A stretch of 64,000 nucleotides of DNA from Octopus sinensis (GCF_006345805.1 NC_043004.1:49228001-49292000), one strand, 5' to 3'; positions 22,623 to 35,917 are shown, numbered from the stretch's first letter. Notes: generated from the letters alone by a model not told the origin. Program-made: numbers and translations.

Positions 22623-24113
22623 ATATATATATATATAATAATATATATATATATATTATATATAGCTATATATATATATATATATATTATATTATATATA
22701 TACATACAACATAATTATTTGTAGGATTCATTTGAATCAAGGTATCTGAACATTCAGTATACCAAGTGAGGGTCGGGTTCGGCACATACGTGTATATACC
22801 ATATACAAATACATCCGTACTTATTCATACACCTACACATAAATGTACATGTATACACGCTATGCATAGAACCTCTCCTCTGTTGGATCTGTGCGTATGT
22901 CTATATACACACCCCTCACATACACACACACACACCTGCAAGAACTGGCAGAATCGTAAGAGCGCCAAATGGCATACATTGCAGTATTTGTTCCGGGTTT
23001 TTATGTTCGTAGTAGTTTACTTAGGGATTGGGAGATTGGAGGATTGGTAGGTGCAGGCAACGCTGTGGTAAGAAGCTTGCTTCCCAACCTCATGGTTCAG
23101 GGTTCGGTTCCACAGCGTAGCACCTTGGCCAAGTGTTTTCTTTTATAGCCCCGGATCGACCAAAGTTATGTAAATGGATTTGGTTGACGGAACCTGGAGG
23201 AAGCTGTCATATATATATATATATGACAACGAAAAAATAGAGTACAGGACATACAAAACAAGGAAAATTCCTCTTCTTCAGTCGCCTTAATTTCATCTAC
23301 TCCACGTTTCGAAGGTCAAGGCGATACATGACTTCATTGAAATTTTCCTTCCCGCGAAAATCAAATTAACTAAAATTTGAGATTTTTTTGCGGAGGGGTA
23401 AAAATGGTAACAAAAACAGGACAGTAACGACAGTACAAAATATAAACAGTAAAAGACAGGACAGAGAATAACAGTAACACAAAAAAGAAGGGCTGTTAAG
23501 CCAAACGAGGGGGCGTAATTTTGATGCTTGCCTTGAGCGCCATTTACCCCAGGGGCGCCATTTACCCCAGGGGCGTCCCCTGTATATATATATAACGAGC
23601 TTATTATTACATGTGTGTGTGCGTGTGTGTGTGTATGTGTGTGGTTGTCCCCCACTACTGTTTGAGAATAGCTGTCGGTGTGTTTACGCCTCTTGATATA
23701 GGGTCCGGCAAAAGGGAACGATGGAACAAGTGCTAGACTTTTAAAAAGTTCTTCAATGCGGTGCCCCACGATGGGAGTAATCTAATGACTGAAACAAGGA
23801 ATAGATAAAAGATTAGTGTGTTATCCGGTTTAGCGCTACCATTTGGTCCTCTGATGTATTTAGCGGGGTCCACTCCTTTGTAAGCATCCAGATCAGATCC
23901 CTAGTTAGAGGGTTTCTTCCTAGCTCCCTCTCATCAGTTTCGGAGAGTCTGTGAAGGGGACGTTGGCCTTCCTTCTTGATCTTGATAAATATATTTTTAA
24001 AAATCTTATTTTAGCATGAAAATATTAATTGGAAGTAAAATGCAAGAGAAATTAAAACGAAAACACCGAGAGTGACGAAAATAAACTAGGAAGAACAAAA
24101 GTAGCCGAAAGTA

Positions 24114-24240
24114 TACTCTCTGAATCGACTTTCAACTTCGGAGACTGCTTCAATGCAGGGCATGTCCTGCACTAAATGGTCTTTATTTATTTGGACTCCA
24201 CCTGAACAATAGCGACCTTCAACGAAGCTATAGTATTGAG
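24114..24240 (-). repeat. 127-bp near-identical copy of 24938-25063 (transposase 3' end)
   Basis: About 3 differences seen by eye. Confidence 0.9.
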
Positions 24241-24418
24241 AGAATTTTTTATGAAAACTAAACTTTATCTAAATCAAAGTATTAATTTCATTTATAGAAG
24301 AAAAAAGATCCATGTATATGTGTTCCTGATTGCTAAACTTAATTTCCCTACAAACGTTAGTGCAAACAAGGTGTAAACAACATCAACATTTGCGTCTCTC
24401 TATAGCAGTCAAAATATC

Positions 24419-24756
24419 AGATGTACATGAGGAATGCGTTGGCTGGGTCATGCCCTCCGTCGTCAACCAGGAGAATTCATCTACGAAGCAATTGCCCCAG
24501 CTCCCCTTCAGGGTTGGCGAAAGCGATGTGGTGGACAACGTAAAACTTGGCTGAGGACAATCAGGGCTGATCTGGAACCCAAACTAGGACCCCATATCTA
24601 CGGCGTTCGCCACTGGAATAAGGAGTGGTTGGAGATCACGCGGTCGTTAGCCTCAAATCGCCAGGTCTGGTCAGCGTTTGTAAGAGATGCAGCATTGAGG
24701 ATGAATGAAGCCAGCACAGCCCACCCCGGGTGAATGCTGTCTCAAGACAAGACAAG
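24419..24756 (+). mobile_element. RTE-clade LINE 3' fragment
   Basis: ORF 24434..24733 (MRWLGHALRR...GGQRKTWL), (CAAGA)n tail, 12-bp TSD AGTCAAAATATC (24407-24418, 24757-24768). Confidence 0.92.
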
Positions 24757-24937
24757 AGTCAAAATATCTTTCAATTTACCCGTACCATCTTAAAATAGTT
24801 TTTTTTAAATTTTAAACGTGTAAACGTATTTGATGACATATTTAGTAATTTGAGAAAACAATCCTAATATACCATAAACCATATGTATTTTAATAAAAGT
24901 CTGAACACATGTTCTCGATAAAATTTTCTTTTAAGAT

Positions 24938-26038
24938 TACTCTCTGAATCGACTTTCAACTTCGGAGACTGCTTCAATGCAGGCATGTCCTGCACTAAAT
25001 GGTCTTTATTTATTTGGAATCCACCTGAACAATAGCGACCTTCAACGAAGCTATGGTATTGAGTGAATGTCGATTAGTTTCTCTTTCAGTAACACACCAA
25101 ACATAGAAGTCCATACGGTTTAAACCTGTTGGGTTTGTAGACCACACTGCTTGGTGCTACACGATCATGGAGACAATCTGATACCCATTCTTGGGTTATG
25201 TAGGCTTTGTGAGGCAGTGCTGAATCTTGTTGAAACACGTATGGCTTTCCACTGCGAACTTCTTCCATCCATGGTTTAATAACTGTCTTCAGCACTTCAT
25301 CGTATTCAGTAGCGTTAAATCTTAAACCCTGTGGAAAGATGCGAGGCAGCATGACATGACCTCCGTTACTCCTTACTCCTAAAACCATCACAGTAGCTGG
25401 AAAATTAGCGGGCATCACACTGAGGACATCAGAAGAATCTGCATATAACCATTTGTCATTTCTCCTGTTAGACTTTAGGACTTAGTCGTGGTTTCTCTCA
25501 TAAGAGAAGAACCAAAGCATGCCATGTTCGTGAGGGTTTTTAACCTTAAGTATCCACTTGGCACGAATCAAACGGTTTTTCTCTATCTTTGCAGACACGA
25601 ATTGGCCCCTCTTCCGTACATGCAACTTGTATCGAATATCCTCATGCACTACAATTCTGACAGTCCATTCCAATATCAGAATTCTTTTGGCGATGGTTAT
25701 CATTGATTTTCCGGGATCATTATCGATAATGTTTTGAACCCGTTCGATGAATTGCAATGCCCAAACGCGTAGAATATTTGCTTTTTGTTTTGTACCTTTT
25801 TTTTTTTTTGCATCCAAACGTTATGTACCGAAGATCGTGCAATATTCAGGAAGTTGGCAGTTTCTAAATTGCTGTTTTCCGCACATATGACAACAACGAT
25901 TACATGTCTTTTGATTTCTGGTGTTAGTGTTTTATCTGTCATGGAGAACCTGAAAGAAATAAAAAAAAAATTTCAAGATTCTTTTGAAGAGAGTAAGATT
26001 CTGATAAAAGAGTGCACTCAAATACCCCTTGCACCCTG
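24938..26038 (-). mobile_element. Tc1/mariner DD37D-like (maT) transposon, pseudogenised
   Basis: ORFs 25700..25942, 25482..25817 and 25086..25418 (VMVLGV...YVFQQDSALPHKA); the right end is ...CACCCTG|TA. Confidence 0.82.
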
Positions 26039-26289
26039 TATAATCCTAGAATGCAGACAGGTGAGTTATGGTTGGAATACCTTTGATCACAGGCGTTTCT
26101 GAATCAAAGCTGATCTTGAGCTAAACAATAAATCACGCAACATATTTCACAGCCGTTCTGATAAAGAAAATGGTAAAATATCTTAGATTCCTTGTCGAAG
26201 AATGATGAGTTACATGCTAGTTTTTGCATTAATTCTGTGGTAATAATGTGTTCAGTATTAAGAATAATATGCAATTACAGAAAAACTTA

Positions 26290-26297
26290 TGCCATCG

Positions 26298-26333
<36 letters not shown>

Positions 26334-26510
26334 CCATCATCACCATCATCAACTCCTTCATTCCCATCATCATCTTCTTCATCACCAACATCGTCATCAT
26401 CATCGTCAGCATCATCATCAGTATCGTCATCGTCATCATGGTTATGACCGCCGCCACCACAGCCGCCAGCGCCACCACCACCACCACCACCACCACCACC
26501 ACCACCACCA

Positions 26511-26542
<32 letters not shown>

Positions 26543-26555
26543 ACCCACTACCACT
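26290..26555. repeat. Compound trinucleotide repeat (CAT)n-(CAC)n-(CGC)n
   Basis: Direct reading of the sequence. Confidence 0.92.
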
Positions 26556-26733
26556 TCCCCAGCTGAAGATGTCAACACGTTTCCAGTACAACAGAACATC
26601 AGAGCACCGTTGTAAATAGTTTAAGACTGTTGTAACCCGTGTCGTCAAAAATGACGACAGCTTCATCAATAATAAAAGGTTTTTCAATAGGAATAAGAGA
26701 AATTCTTTATGCCATAATGTCGCACACAAAGAC

Positions 26734-27232
26734 GTATGTATGTATGTATGTATGTATGTATGTATGTATGTATGTATGTATGTATGTATGTATGTATGTA
26801 TGTGTGTGTATGTATGTATGTATGTATGTATGTATGTATGTATGTATGTATGTATGTATGTATGTGTATGTGTGTGTGTATGTATGTATGTATGTATGTA
26901 TGTATGTATGTATGTGTGTATGTATGTATGTATGTATGTGAGTGTATGTATGCATGTGTGTATGCGTGTATGTGTGTATGCATGTATGTATGTATGTATG
27001 TATGTATGTATGTATGTATATGTGTGTATGTATGCATGTGTGTGTATGCGTGTATGTGTGTATGCATGTATGTATGTATGTATGTGTATATGTATGTATG
27101 TATGTATATATGTATGTGTGTATGTGTGTATGTATGTATGTGTGTGTGTGTATGTATGTATGTATGTATGTATGTATGCATGCATGTATGTATCTATGTC
27201 TGTATGTATGTATGTGTGTGTATGTATGTATG
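26734..27232. repeat. (TATG)n/(TG)n compound microsatellite
   Basis: Direct reading of the sequence. Confidence 0.95.
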
Positions 27233-27261
27233 CTTTCAAAATGTGACCTCGTGTGTACCGT

Positions 27262-27447
27262 TGGCGATTTTTTTTCCTCTGTCTTCCCTTCTCGGGATCT
27301 TTCCTTCTCCTATGTTTCCGACGAAGAGCTCCGCTCGAAACGTTGAAGCCTCCTTCTTCCCTTCTTTCCTGAGCGTCCAATAATACTATATTTGTTCCAC
27401 GTCCTCACGTTGTTGTGTTTTTTTGTGTTTTCTTGTTTGGATTAACT
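27262..27447 (+). mobile_element. Penelope-like terminal fragment (family P2) with CCGACGA hammerhead variant
   Basis: HHR-like motif at 27314-27348; second copy at 43200-43409. Both end TTGGATTAAC directly into a microsatellite. Confidence 0.6.
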
Positions 27448-28044
27448 ATGTATGTATGTATTTATGTATGTATGTATATATGTATGTGTGTATGTATTAT
27501 GTTATGTAGTTGTTGTATGTATTATGTTGTATTTGTGTGTATGTGTGTGTATGTATGTATGTGTGTATGTGTGTATGTATGTATGGGTGTATGTGTGTAT
27601 GGATGTATGTATGAATGTATACACACACGCGCATATATTAATAACAGTTCCATATATATATATAATTATTATTGCAGTTACTGTCTATATCTCTTTTAGA
27701 GAATTATTATTGCTATATATATATATTTATATTTATATCTATATATATTAGATCGGAATTCGAATGAGTCAGGCACTTGAATGGTAAAGCACCGGGTCGG
27801 GTCGATAAGTAAGATGTGTACACAACAAAAATAGAGGAATACATACCGAAGTACAGGCAAAATGATAATGAGGTTATGTATACGATTAATTGTACCCAGC
27901 TGAATATATCATGAGCCATGAGGCTAATCAGAGAACACACATCGCACTAAACGTACGGTCCATAAGATACTTTGGATCTACGCAAGGATCAGGTTCAAAG
28001 TAAGGTCAATAATAAATAAATAGCAACGGATGGATAATGTGTCA

Positions 28045-28129
28045 ATCCACTACAGCTGTTTCCAACGAATTTTTAACTGATTAATGGAAATACTATATCA
28101 TTAGAAAAACCCGTTTTCATCAGGTGAAT
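28045..28129 (-). ncRNA. Minimal type I hammerhead ribozyme, canonical core
   Basis: AUUCAC-CUGAUGA-a-AACG...(long loop)...CGUU-g-GAAA-CAGCUG-UA-GUGGAU, within a (TA)n-flanked element at ~27750-28210. Confidence 0.75.
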
Positions 28130-28224
28130 ACATGAATCGCAACATTCAAAAACATTTAATGCCGCCAATGGTCACAGAGTCATGAAGGTGCACATGCTGT
28201 TGGCTTTTCAATATATTATATATA

Positions 28225-28560
28225 TGACGGGAAGGTTTACGAAAATAAACAAAAGACGAAGGCAGGTGGAGTACAAACAAACAAATGTATTTGTATGGCG
28301 CTCAGGAATAGAATAGAAAAGTCTTTTACGTTTTCGAGCCTACGCTCTTCGAAAATAAAGATACACAGAAAAAAAAACAAGGAGAGAAACAAGGAGAGAA
28401 AAAATGCGTGTAGGAGCAAACGGTCTATCATGGCGTCCTGACTTTGGACAGTGGTCAGGGGAGATAACAGGGTCAAGTGACTTCCAAAACGGAGGTGTTC
28501 CCCAACACAAAGGTACGTGTGTGTATAAGAGAGCATGCATGTGCGTGTGAAAGAGGGCTA
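28225..28560 (-). mobile_element. Family P1 Penelope-like fragment
   Basis: GAGCGTAGGCTCGAAAACGTAAAAG on the minus strand within 28321-28360. Confidence 0.55.
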
Positions 28561-28947
28561 GGTGCAGGTGTGGCCGTGTTGCAAGAAGTTTACCAAAGTC
28601 TTGCGAGTGGATTTGGTGGACGGAAACTGAAAGAAGCCCGTTGCTGTTAATGGTATCTACCACTCTTTACACATTTTCATGTTTAGATTCTCTCGCCCAC
28701 ACTTTCCTTGAATTTACACTCGTCAAACGTAACAGCAAACAAATACACGAAGCTAATTATTATAGGCGGATATTCTAGTCACTAACTTCCATAATATTGG
28801 CATCTAACATTGACATAGCACTATATATTAAAGTAGGGAGAGTATAATTGATGAAAACGACCCCACTAAGTGACTGGTATTTTATTTTGTCTAATGCACT
28901 ACCGATTCTGTCGCTCCACTATCCTTTCATAATAACCCTTTCTACTA

Positions 28948-29435
28948 AAGCGGCGAGCTGGCAGAATCGTTAGCACGCCGGGCGAAATGCTTAGCCGTAT
29001 TTCGTCTGCCGTTACGTTCTGAGTTCAAATTCCGCCGAGGTCGACTTTGCCTTTCATCCTTTCGGGGTCGATAAATTAAGTACCAGTTACTCACTGGGGT
29101 CGATATAATCAACTTAATCCGTTTGTCTGTCCTTGTTTGCCCTCTCTGTGTTTAGCCCCTTGTGGGTAGTAAAGAAATACATATTTCGTCTGTCTTTACG
29201 TTCTGATTTGAAATTCCGTCGAGGTCGACTTTGCCTTTCATCCTTTCAGGGTCGATAAATTAAGTACCAGTTGGCACTGGGGTCGATGTAATCGACTTAA
29301 TCCGTTTGTCTGTCCTTGTTTGTCCCCTCTATGTTTAGCCCCTTGTGGGCAATAAAGAAATAAGAAACGTTAGCACGCCGGGCGAAATGCTCAGCAGTAT
29401 TTCGTCTGTCTTTACGTTCTGATTTGAAATTCCGC
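28948..29435 (+). mobile_element. SINE family B tandem trimer (partial units)
   Basis: Units restart at TATTTCGTCTG (~29182) and AGAAACGTTAG (~29363). Confidence 0.88.
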
Positions 29436-29969
29436 GACGGGCTTCTTTCAGTTTCCATCTGCCAAATCCACTCACAAGGCTTTGGTCTGCCCGAGGCTAT
29501 AGTAAAAGACACTTGCCCAAGGTTACACAGTGGGACTGAAACCGGAACCATGTCGTTGGGAAGCAAGCTTCTTTCCACACAGCCATGCTTGCACCTATAT
29601 GGATAAAACTGTATAAATAAAACTTGGTTGTCGTATAATGAGGGAAAAACGAGGGAGTTTTTCTAGTTTTTCTGAAGCAGGCTAAGACCGTCAACTACTT
29701 TAACACCAAAACAGCTGACCTTTTGATGGTGCTTTTAATGTAGCCCAGACTAGGCTTTATTCTGCGGATAACTTCCCTCATTTCTTTGTCAATAGATTCG
29801 GTGATCTTGAAAAAAAGTCTTAAGCACTGCCTTTCCACTGCAAAGTATTCCCCTTAAAAAAACTGTAGACATTGTGTAATCAATTACCAACATTTCTGAT
29901 TCAGTATATAACAACGGGGGATGTTGACTGAAACTGTTCAGTGAATACGGCGACCATTTTCATAAAAAT

Positions 29970-30069
29970 NNNNNNNNNNNNNNNNNNNNNNNNNNNNNNN
30001 NNNNNNNNNNNNNNNNNNNNNNNNNNNNNNNNNNNNNNNNNNNNNNNNNNNNNNNNNNNNNNNNNNNNN
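29970..30069. other. Assembly gap (100 N)
   Basis: Run of N. Confidence 1.
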
Positions 30070-30074
30070 ATATT

Positions 30075-31262
30075 TTGCAATGTATATATTACTATTTCTA
30101 CAGACCACGTACTGCACATACCGGTTTCACAGCACATCTACTGCCATATCTACTGAGTTTTTCCCATGCTATATCCACTGCACGCCTATTGCGATATCTA
30201 CTTCATTGGACGGGCGCAGGAGTGGCTGTGTGGTAAGTAGCTTGTTTACCAACCACATGGTTCTGGGTTCAGTCCCACTGCGTGGCACCTTGGGCAAGTG
30301 TCTTCTACTATAGCCTCGGGCCGACCAAAGCCTTGTGAGTGGATTTGGTAGACGGAAACTGAAAGAAACCCGTCGTATATATGTATATATATATGTGTAT
30401 ATGTGTGTGTACGTGTGTGCTTGTGTTTGTCCCCCTAGCATTGCTTGACAACCGATGCTGGTGTGTTTATGTCCCCGTCACTTAGCGGTTCGGCAAAAGA
30501 GACCGATAGAATAAGTACTGGGCTTACAAAGAATAAGTCCCGGGGTCGATTTGCTCGATTAAAGGCGGTGCTCCAGCATGGCCGCAGTCAAATGACTGAA
30601 ACAAGTAAAAGAGTAAAAGAGTACATCTACCGAATATTTTCTGTAATATCCATTGCCTGTCTATTGCAATACATATTCTACAGCACATCTGCTGCAATAT
30701 CTACTGAATATCTGCAACAATATCCACTGCACATCTGCCGCAACACTACATATCTGTTGCAACACCTACTTCAAGTACATCTACTGCAATATCTGCTGAT
30801 TAACTTTTGCAATATCCACTGCACGTCTACTGCAGGGTATACTTCACACAACATCTACTGAAATATCTACTGAATATCTTTTGCAATATCCACTGCACGT
30901 CTACTGCAAGGTCTACTTCACACCACATCTACTGAAATATCTACTGCACGTCTACTGCAATAGCAGCTTCTACTGAATACATGCTGCAATATCAATATCA
31001 CATTCGCACATTCTGCAATATCTACAGCAAATTCACGGCACATACTGCATACAAATTGTACTGTATATCCGCAATGTCTTCTGTAATATCAACTTCACAT
31101 TAATTGCAATGTCTATAGCATATCTACTCTGCATGTACTGCATACCGACTGCAATATATTGCATGTCTATTGTTCACTTATTGCAATATCTACAGCTAAT
31201 CCATTGCACAAAAACTACAAATCTACTGAAATCTACAGCAAATCTACATCTATTGCAATATT
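30075..31262. repeat. Degenerate ~11-12-bp minisatellite (ATATCTACTGCA-like), interrupted by a SINE
   Basis: Recurring ATCTACTGCA / ATATCCACTGCA units. Confidence 0.75.
30213..30621 (+). mobile_element. SINE family A, full length, young
   Basis: Matches family A. Confidence 0.92.
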
Positions 31263-33960
31263 TGTGGTTTTATTGCCACGTTGCGCCTCGGCCACCCGGA
31301 CCCATCGAACGGCATTCATTCCCTCGTGTCTTAGAGCACGTGCCCTAGCTCTGACAATGCAACCTTCATGCTTGAAGAATTGGTTCAAAACCAATCTCGC
31401 CGCCAGAACATCGGTTTCTATGCCACTACTGAGTGCCTTTTCTAATTTCCTAACTAGTTCTCCCTCTACCCTAGTATTCTCTATCGCTAATTCCCTGCAA
31501 AATCCTACCGCTTCTACTCTAACTGCCCATTTTAGGGCTGCCCACTATCGGTTGTTGACGACTGCACCCGTCAATTTTCGAGGACTAACATACTAATCCG
31601 GTCTCTGAAAGCTTGGCGCGCCGGGGAAAACACGTTTAGCTTCTAGTATACCGGGTTCTGCCTATGGAGCCTACCTAGGTCGACCATACAGATCACATAA
31701 TTATGGTCCATATAGCTGACAACTTGAAATTGTTGACAACCTATGCTATCCTTATCTGCTGGCTTACAAAATACCGTTTAGATAAAATCTGGATGACCCA
31801 ACGCTGTTTGCCCACGTCCACATTGGAGAATTCGGGGAATCCTGTCTGAATCTGTCAACCAATTGGAAACGACCGAACAGGTTTGCGAAGCTTGCTCCCC
31901 AACCCTTTCCTGTCGGCTAGCCCCATCCAATCTACACGTGCATCCAAGATGGCGTTCCAGTCGCCCAATAACACTAAGGAACGAGACACCCCAAGAAAGA
32001 TCTCTAAACGTCTAAAGAAATCAGGCTGTCCGGCACACAGCGGTGCGTACACAACGACCAGTCTAAAGGCACTGCCTTCGTTATCATCCACGTCCAGGAT
32101 CACCATCCTACCTTCCGGGTCCAGGAAGACCGCCCGCATCTCGAGATCTGAACAATACCGCCACCCCACTCCCATTCCCGGTCGACTAAGAGATGCAAAG
32201 ATCTCATAAACATTGAGATTAGGCGCTAAGGCGCGCGTATCCGAGATCCTGGTCTTACTGACAACTATTACGTCTAATTTTCGTCACGTGAGGTCATTGA
32301 GCAAGCGACCTTACTTCCATGACGACCCCAGGCCGCGTACATTTATACTGCCCACTCTAAGCAGTACCATGTTGGACGATGGGTATTTTCTCCTACCTGC
32401 CTGTATTTTTGTCCTGCTTATCTTTTGTGCACTTCCGTCTTTTCCACCCTTCTCATGTGACTGTTTGCCATGCCTGTCCCTCCTTATTTCCGTCGTTTTC
32501 GTTGTCCGAATAGCGGAGGGGTATTTCTTCCGCAGGTATTTGTTTTACTGTTGGCGTTGTTAATGCTATGTCTTTTTTTTTTTTTTGGTGGTGAGTTCCC
32601 TGTTGCTGCTATTGTTGTTGCTGTTTGTGATGTGGCTGCTGCTGCTGCCGGTGTACATTCTGTTTGATGTTGTGCAGTTGTTTCCACTCCAGTTATGTTC
32701 TAGCTGCAGCTGCTGCCGGCGCCGTAGTGGGTTTGTGGATGCTGTTGTGTCCAATTGTCTCTGTTGGTGTTGTTGTTGTTTCTGCTGCTGCTGCTTGCCC
32801 TAGTTGTGGTGTTTGTTGTTGTGGTTGTAGTGGTGTTAATGGTTGCTGCAGCTCATATTCCCTCCTTTCATTCTTTCCTTCGGACAATAGACTGGTGTGA
32901 CCTGAATCCCCACAGAAGTAACATCGCAGCCTTCTTCCTTCCACGATCACCTGCAGATGCTGGGCTCCAGGGATTTCTGTTAGGTCGGGAACTTTCTCAA
33001 CAGTTTCTGGTTTTACTTGCAGTAGTGAATCTTTTATTATAGATATCAGCAGTAGAATTTCCAATCCCATCCCAACCCAGTTCTCCTTTTTGGAGTTTTA
33101 GATTTCTAGCCAGCTTCTAGGATCTTCCAGCAGTAATCGATTTCTGGTGGTACGTTACTTATATTTATGCGGATCACTCTCTGTTCCAGATAGATGGGAA
33201 TTAAAGCGAACTCCTCCGATTTTAATGGGACAGTAAGTGTTTTTTTACTAGTGATTCCGACCAGAATATAACCTTAATGTAGCCGAACTTTGGGGCGTGG
33301 CAGACAAAGCTGACATCCCCCCACTATATTTTTTCAGGCAGAGTTCGGCTTGGTCTATTGGTATTTTTTTCCAATCTTCTTCTTTTCATGGACAGACATC
33401 TGTATATGATCGTTTTTTTTTTTTCGGTTGCTTCTAGCAGGTTTTGATGCACATTTAGTGTTCCTTTCTTTCTTCGGGTCTTATAATCCTCTCAGCTTCC
33501 TTTAAATGTTCTTCCTTGTCCTTTAACGACATAATTTCAAACTTATTTGTAACTTTTGCGAAGGAAACGTTATTCCTTCTTGAACCTTCTCTTTCTTTGT
33601 TCGAAATTTTACTGATTTGTGTGATGGTTGCAGTGGTGGTGGTAGTGGTGATATTTTCCTTGTCCAATTAGCTGCTGCTAGTTATATTTCGTGCTTCCTT
33701 GATCGAATTCTCATTACTCCTAACGCTTCCACTGTGTTTGTTATTGTCATTGCTGTTGCTACTCCTCCTGCTACTACCTCTATCATTTACATCTAGAGTG
33801 ATTGGGGGCGACTGACGGCGAAAGACAATTTTGCGTTCTACATCTCCTCCCACTTCCCTCTCTTGTTGACTCGCTGACAAAGACGACGACGCCATATTAA
33901 ACTTCGCAAATTTTGAAAGGAAAATTAATTTTCTTTTCGGGTGATTTTTGATCCGCAGGA
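31263..33960 (-). mobile_element. L1/Tx1-clade LINE, 5' half (ORF1 and APE endonuclease), degenerate
   Basis: ORF1 pieces from 33895 include a CYFCGDSGH zinc knuckle. ORF2 starts at 32370 (MVLLRVGSINVRGLG) and has the APE motifs VYAP and LLGDWNAILD. No RT domain is present. Confidence 0.85.
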
Positions 33961-34031
33961 CAAAAATAATAACACTGTTAATCAGACCGATATGATCTAG
34001 ATTAACTTAGTCACAAGTTATAACAATAAAA

Positions 34032-34196
34032 GTATCTTTTCGGTTTGAACAGCAGTTTTTAACATAATTTCTAGGTAACTAAAAAATTTTAAACTTCGTA
34101 TACTGGTAGAATGTGTTTATAAAACATCTTTTTCTCTTGGCTTTATTGAGAAAATTCTATAATTTGTAAGATATTTGTTTTTTTTTTTTTTCTTCA
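34032..34196 (+). mobile_element. GG-terminal MITE, copy 4, truncated
   Basis: Left TIR (diverged) and the first ~165 bp. Confidence 0.85.
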
Positions 34197-34760
34197 AGTA
34201 ACAACATCAAAGTAAACAATTAGTATTAGATTATAGTTACAAAACAGTACCTTTATATGAAAGAACTTACTCCAATACTATAAAAATTCTAATACAAAGG
34301 AACCAGTGAATTAAATATTCACATCATTGTTAAACATTCACGACTTCTATTGACAAGGTTGCAAAGCAACGAAAATTTTGGAAAAAAATATATAAATAAT
34401 AAATGAGTGGAAATCGAACCGTTGAGTGTGTTAGGTATTAAAGGCATTAAAACAATATGACTCTCCCTAGACTCAATAGAATTAAATTTCTTAGTGGGGA
34501 AAAAACCCATTGCAACCGCCGATAGTTGACATGATAATACCAACCCAAGGAACAGCAAACCAAGAACTTAAAACATGTAGACTATACAACGATTATAGCC
34601 TACCATATACGTTGTTTATCGATCTATATCATATCACAAACATGTTACCAGGCTAAAAGCAAACCTAATAAAAACTAATGGAACAATACATTCATAACGA
34701 ACTTCCTCAAATAACGTACAGGGAAAACGACAAGCATAGATCCATATCTATAAACTATGT

Positions 34761-34792
<32 letters not shown>

Positions 34793-34806
34793 CACACACA
34801 CACACA

Positions 34807-34837
<31 letters not shown>

Positions 34838-34849
34838 ATATATATATAT

Positions 34850-35027
34850 CACCGTGAACACCGTGACCGACCAGGCTATCAGATGTTGCTACACATCGCT
34901 GGTCACAATGCGCTTCGCATTGTTTTAGTCTTCAAATGACGCCACCCCGCTGGCTAAGCGAGCAGGTCAACAGAAAGAGTGAGAGAAAGTTGTGGCGAAA
35001 GAGTACAGCAGGGCCATTGCACCTCCA
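34850..35027 (-). mobile_element. SINE family C with internal deletion
   Basis: Shares AAAGAGTGAGAGAAAGTTG with ~9970-9990. Confidence 0.6.
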
Positions 35028-35850
35028 CACACACACACACAACACACACACACACACACATATATATTTATAGAGAGAGAGCGTTAAGGATAATATAAGC
35101 ACAAGGATGGGAGATAACAGGCTTTAATAGAAGATCACAACGTTTGTTTCTGCACCGCACGCCAACTTCTAAGTTGCCGAGTTTATATTTATATAGCATT
35201 ATAGAAAATCATTCTTTATAATTGTTATACTGTTGAACATTTTAAAGAAAAACCCAACAGGAATTAATCGTATTCTACCCGATGAAGCGCCCATACACGG
35301 CTGTTGCTGAAAAATATTTAACTATATAATAAGAATTAGTTTCTCACAAGGCAGTCGTCAGCCTGAAGCTATAGTTGAATACACTTGCCCAAGGTGTCGC
35401 GCAGTAAGACTGAAACCCAAACCACGCACCCGGCCATGTACATGTTTTCTTGCAGTTTCACCCAAGAATTCTCTGACGCAGTGGTTCCCAGCCTTTATGA
35501 TTGTTCGATTCATCGGAAATCAAATACAAATTATTGGCGCACTTTCTATGGAAAGCTTAAAACGCCCAAAGGTAAACCGCGGCCCGCGTGCAATTTCTAC
35601 ATGACATGCCTTATGAAAAGTTACCTTGATTCTTCTTTAGTAGTGTGGTCCACCTGATGATGAGTCATGTGTCATGCGACCCGCTTCTCGAAAAAGGTTT
35701 CTCATGCCTGATTTAAACAACAACAATAATTCTGTTTTAATCTATCACATCATGGACTTTCTACTCCAAATGGAATCGTCGAGGCATCGTCATGATATAC
35801 CGCGTGTCATGGGCACTATTAGACCTAGTAGGTCCGTTCCAATTTCTTCC

Positions 35851-35917
<67 letters not shown>

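Noticed and set aside
26192-26619. Poly-His/Arg, poly-Gly/Asp and poly-Thr/Ala ORFs
   Set aside because: These are trinucleotide repeats open in many frames, with no convincing splice context or complex coding sequence.
30075-31262. Repeat array as a CRISPR or spacer-type system
   Set aside because: The units are degenerate and contiguous with no unique spacers, there are no cas genes, and the context is eukaryotic.
35650-35700. CUGAUGA-uGAG...CUC-GAAA
   Set aside because: No helix III or UH site follows, and it is a single copy, so chance cannot be excluded.
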